In this document: positions 63,345 through 64,000 of the stretch, piece after piece
Layout: every line of letters begins with the position of its first letter
How positions within the stretch are numbered: the stretch's first letter is position 1
Source: Camelus ferus
Taxonomy: Eukaryota
Assembly (NCBI RefSeq): GCF_009834535.1
Contig: NC_045697.1
Span: 86,306,001-86,370,000 of the forward strand
DNA: 64,000 bases
Direction of reading: 5' to 3'
Notes under the pieces: model-generated
Seen by the model: only the letters and a program-made list of their open reading frames with translations
Told to the model about the DNA's origin: nothing
Database searches by the model: none
Made by a program: the position numbers and the translations under genes

Positions 63345-63434
63345 CTGGTGCTTCTTCTTCCATCCTGGGAGATGTTTGCTGAGCCTTGAGGCGCGGGAGG
63401 GTGGAGGAACAAGTTTTCCATAGTCAGGAATCTG
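63345..63434 (-). pseudogene. Pseudo-exon, 90 nt, phase 2-2 (RFLTMENLFLHPPAPQGSANISQDGRRST)
   Basis: tttctccttgtcccag| ... CAG|gtttct; weak donor; frame open. Confidence 0.5.
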
Positions 63435-63469
63435 CTGGGACAAGGAGAAACCAGTTTTTAAATTTGTTT

Positions 63470-64000
63470 TTTCAAGTTGTTTTATTAAGAAGAAATCAGT
63501 ACTATTTGTCCATTCAAAATACGTGATTCAGTGGTTTTTGATATACTTACAGGGTTGTGCAGTCATCATCACACTCTAATTTTAAAACGTATTTGTGGTC
63601 CCCACAAGAAACTCCATTCCCGTCAGAAGTGAATCCCCATCCCCCTCCAGCCATAAAAACCACAAATCTATTTTCTTTATCTATGAATTTGCCTATTCTA
63701 GATATTTCATATGAGAGCTTTGGTAGTTTGATCCAGTTCATATAAATTATCAAATTTCTGGGCATAAAACTGTTTGTAATACTTTTTGTTATCCATTTAA
63801 TATACAATGGATCAGTAGTTATGACCCCTCTTTGATTTTTGATACTGGTAAGTGTATCTTGTCTCTTTTTTTCTTAGTTAGCCTGGCTCAGTCGAGGTTT
63901 ATGAAATTTATTGATCTTGTCAAAGAACCAGTTTTTGGTTTTGGTTATTTTCTCTAATGTTTTTCTTGTTTCAATTTTATTGTGTTCTGTTCTAATTTTA
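63470..64000 (-). mobile_element. L1 fragments (3' end and ORF2)
   Basis: ttattgatcttgtcaaagaaccagtttttgg (reverse complement of K.WFF.KINK). Confidence 0.85.

Larger units (their letters stand above)
1319..63434 (-). pseudogene. Large multi-exon unprocessed (probably unitary) pseudogene, parent protein not recognised; continues beyond both window ends
   Basis: About 35-40 minus-strand segments bounded by polypyrimidine-AG and GT donors, located in non-repeat DNA. Phases chain without adjustment across 44129->32364 (12 exons) and other runs. The spliced translation is protein-like but has many in-frame stops. Confidence 0.75.

Overview
AT-rich mammalian genomic DNA, most likely camelid: it has six tRNA-derived vic-1-type SINEs and cetartiodactyl-type L1 3' ends, and I saw no Bov-tA, BovB, PRE-1 or Alu elements. 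A large part of the window is interspersed repeat (young and ancient L1, L2, MIR, hAT DNA transposons, MaLR/ERVL/ERV1 solo LTRs and one degenerate ERVL provirus). I found no intact protein-coding gene, and the listed single-exon ORFs are repeat-derived, chance, or overlap dead exons. The main signal in the non-repeat DNA is a chain of about 35-40 small minus-strand exons (14-236 nt) running across the whole window, from 63434 down to 1319. They have AG/GT splice signals and long runs of mutually compatible phases. They splice into a protein-like sequence of roughly 800 or more codons that I cannot name, interrupted by more than 12 premature stops and at least one GT>AT donor loss. I interpret this as a large unprocessed, probably unitary, pseudogene extending beyond both window ends. 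Exon calls and repeat family names were made by eye from memory of consensus sequences; repeat boundaries are approximate unless a target-site duplication (TSD) is given.
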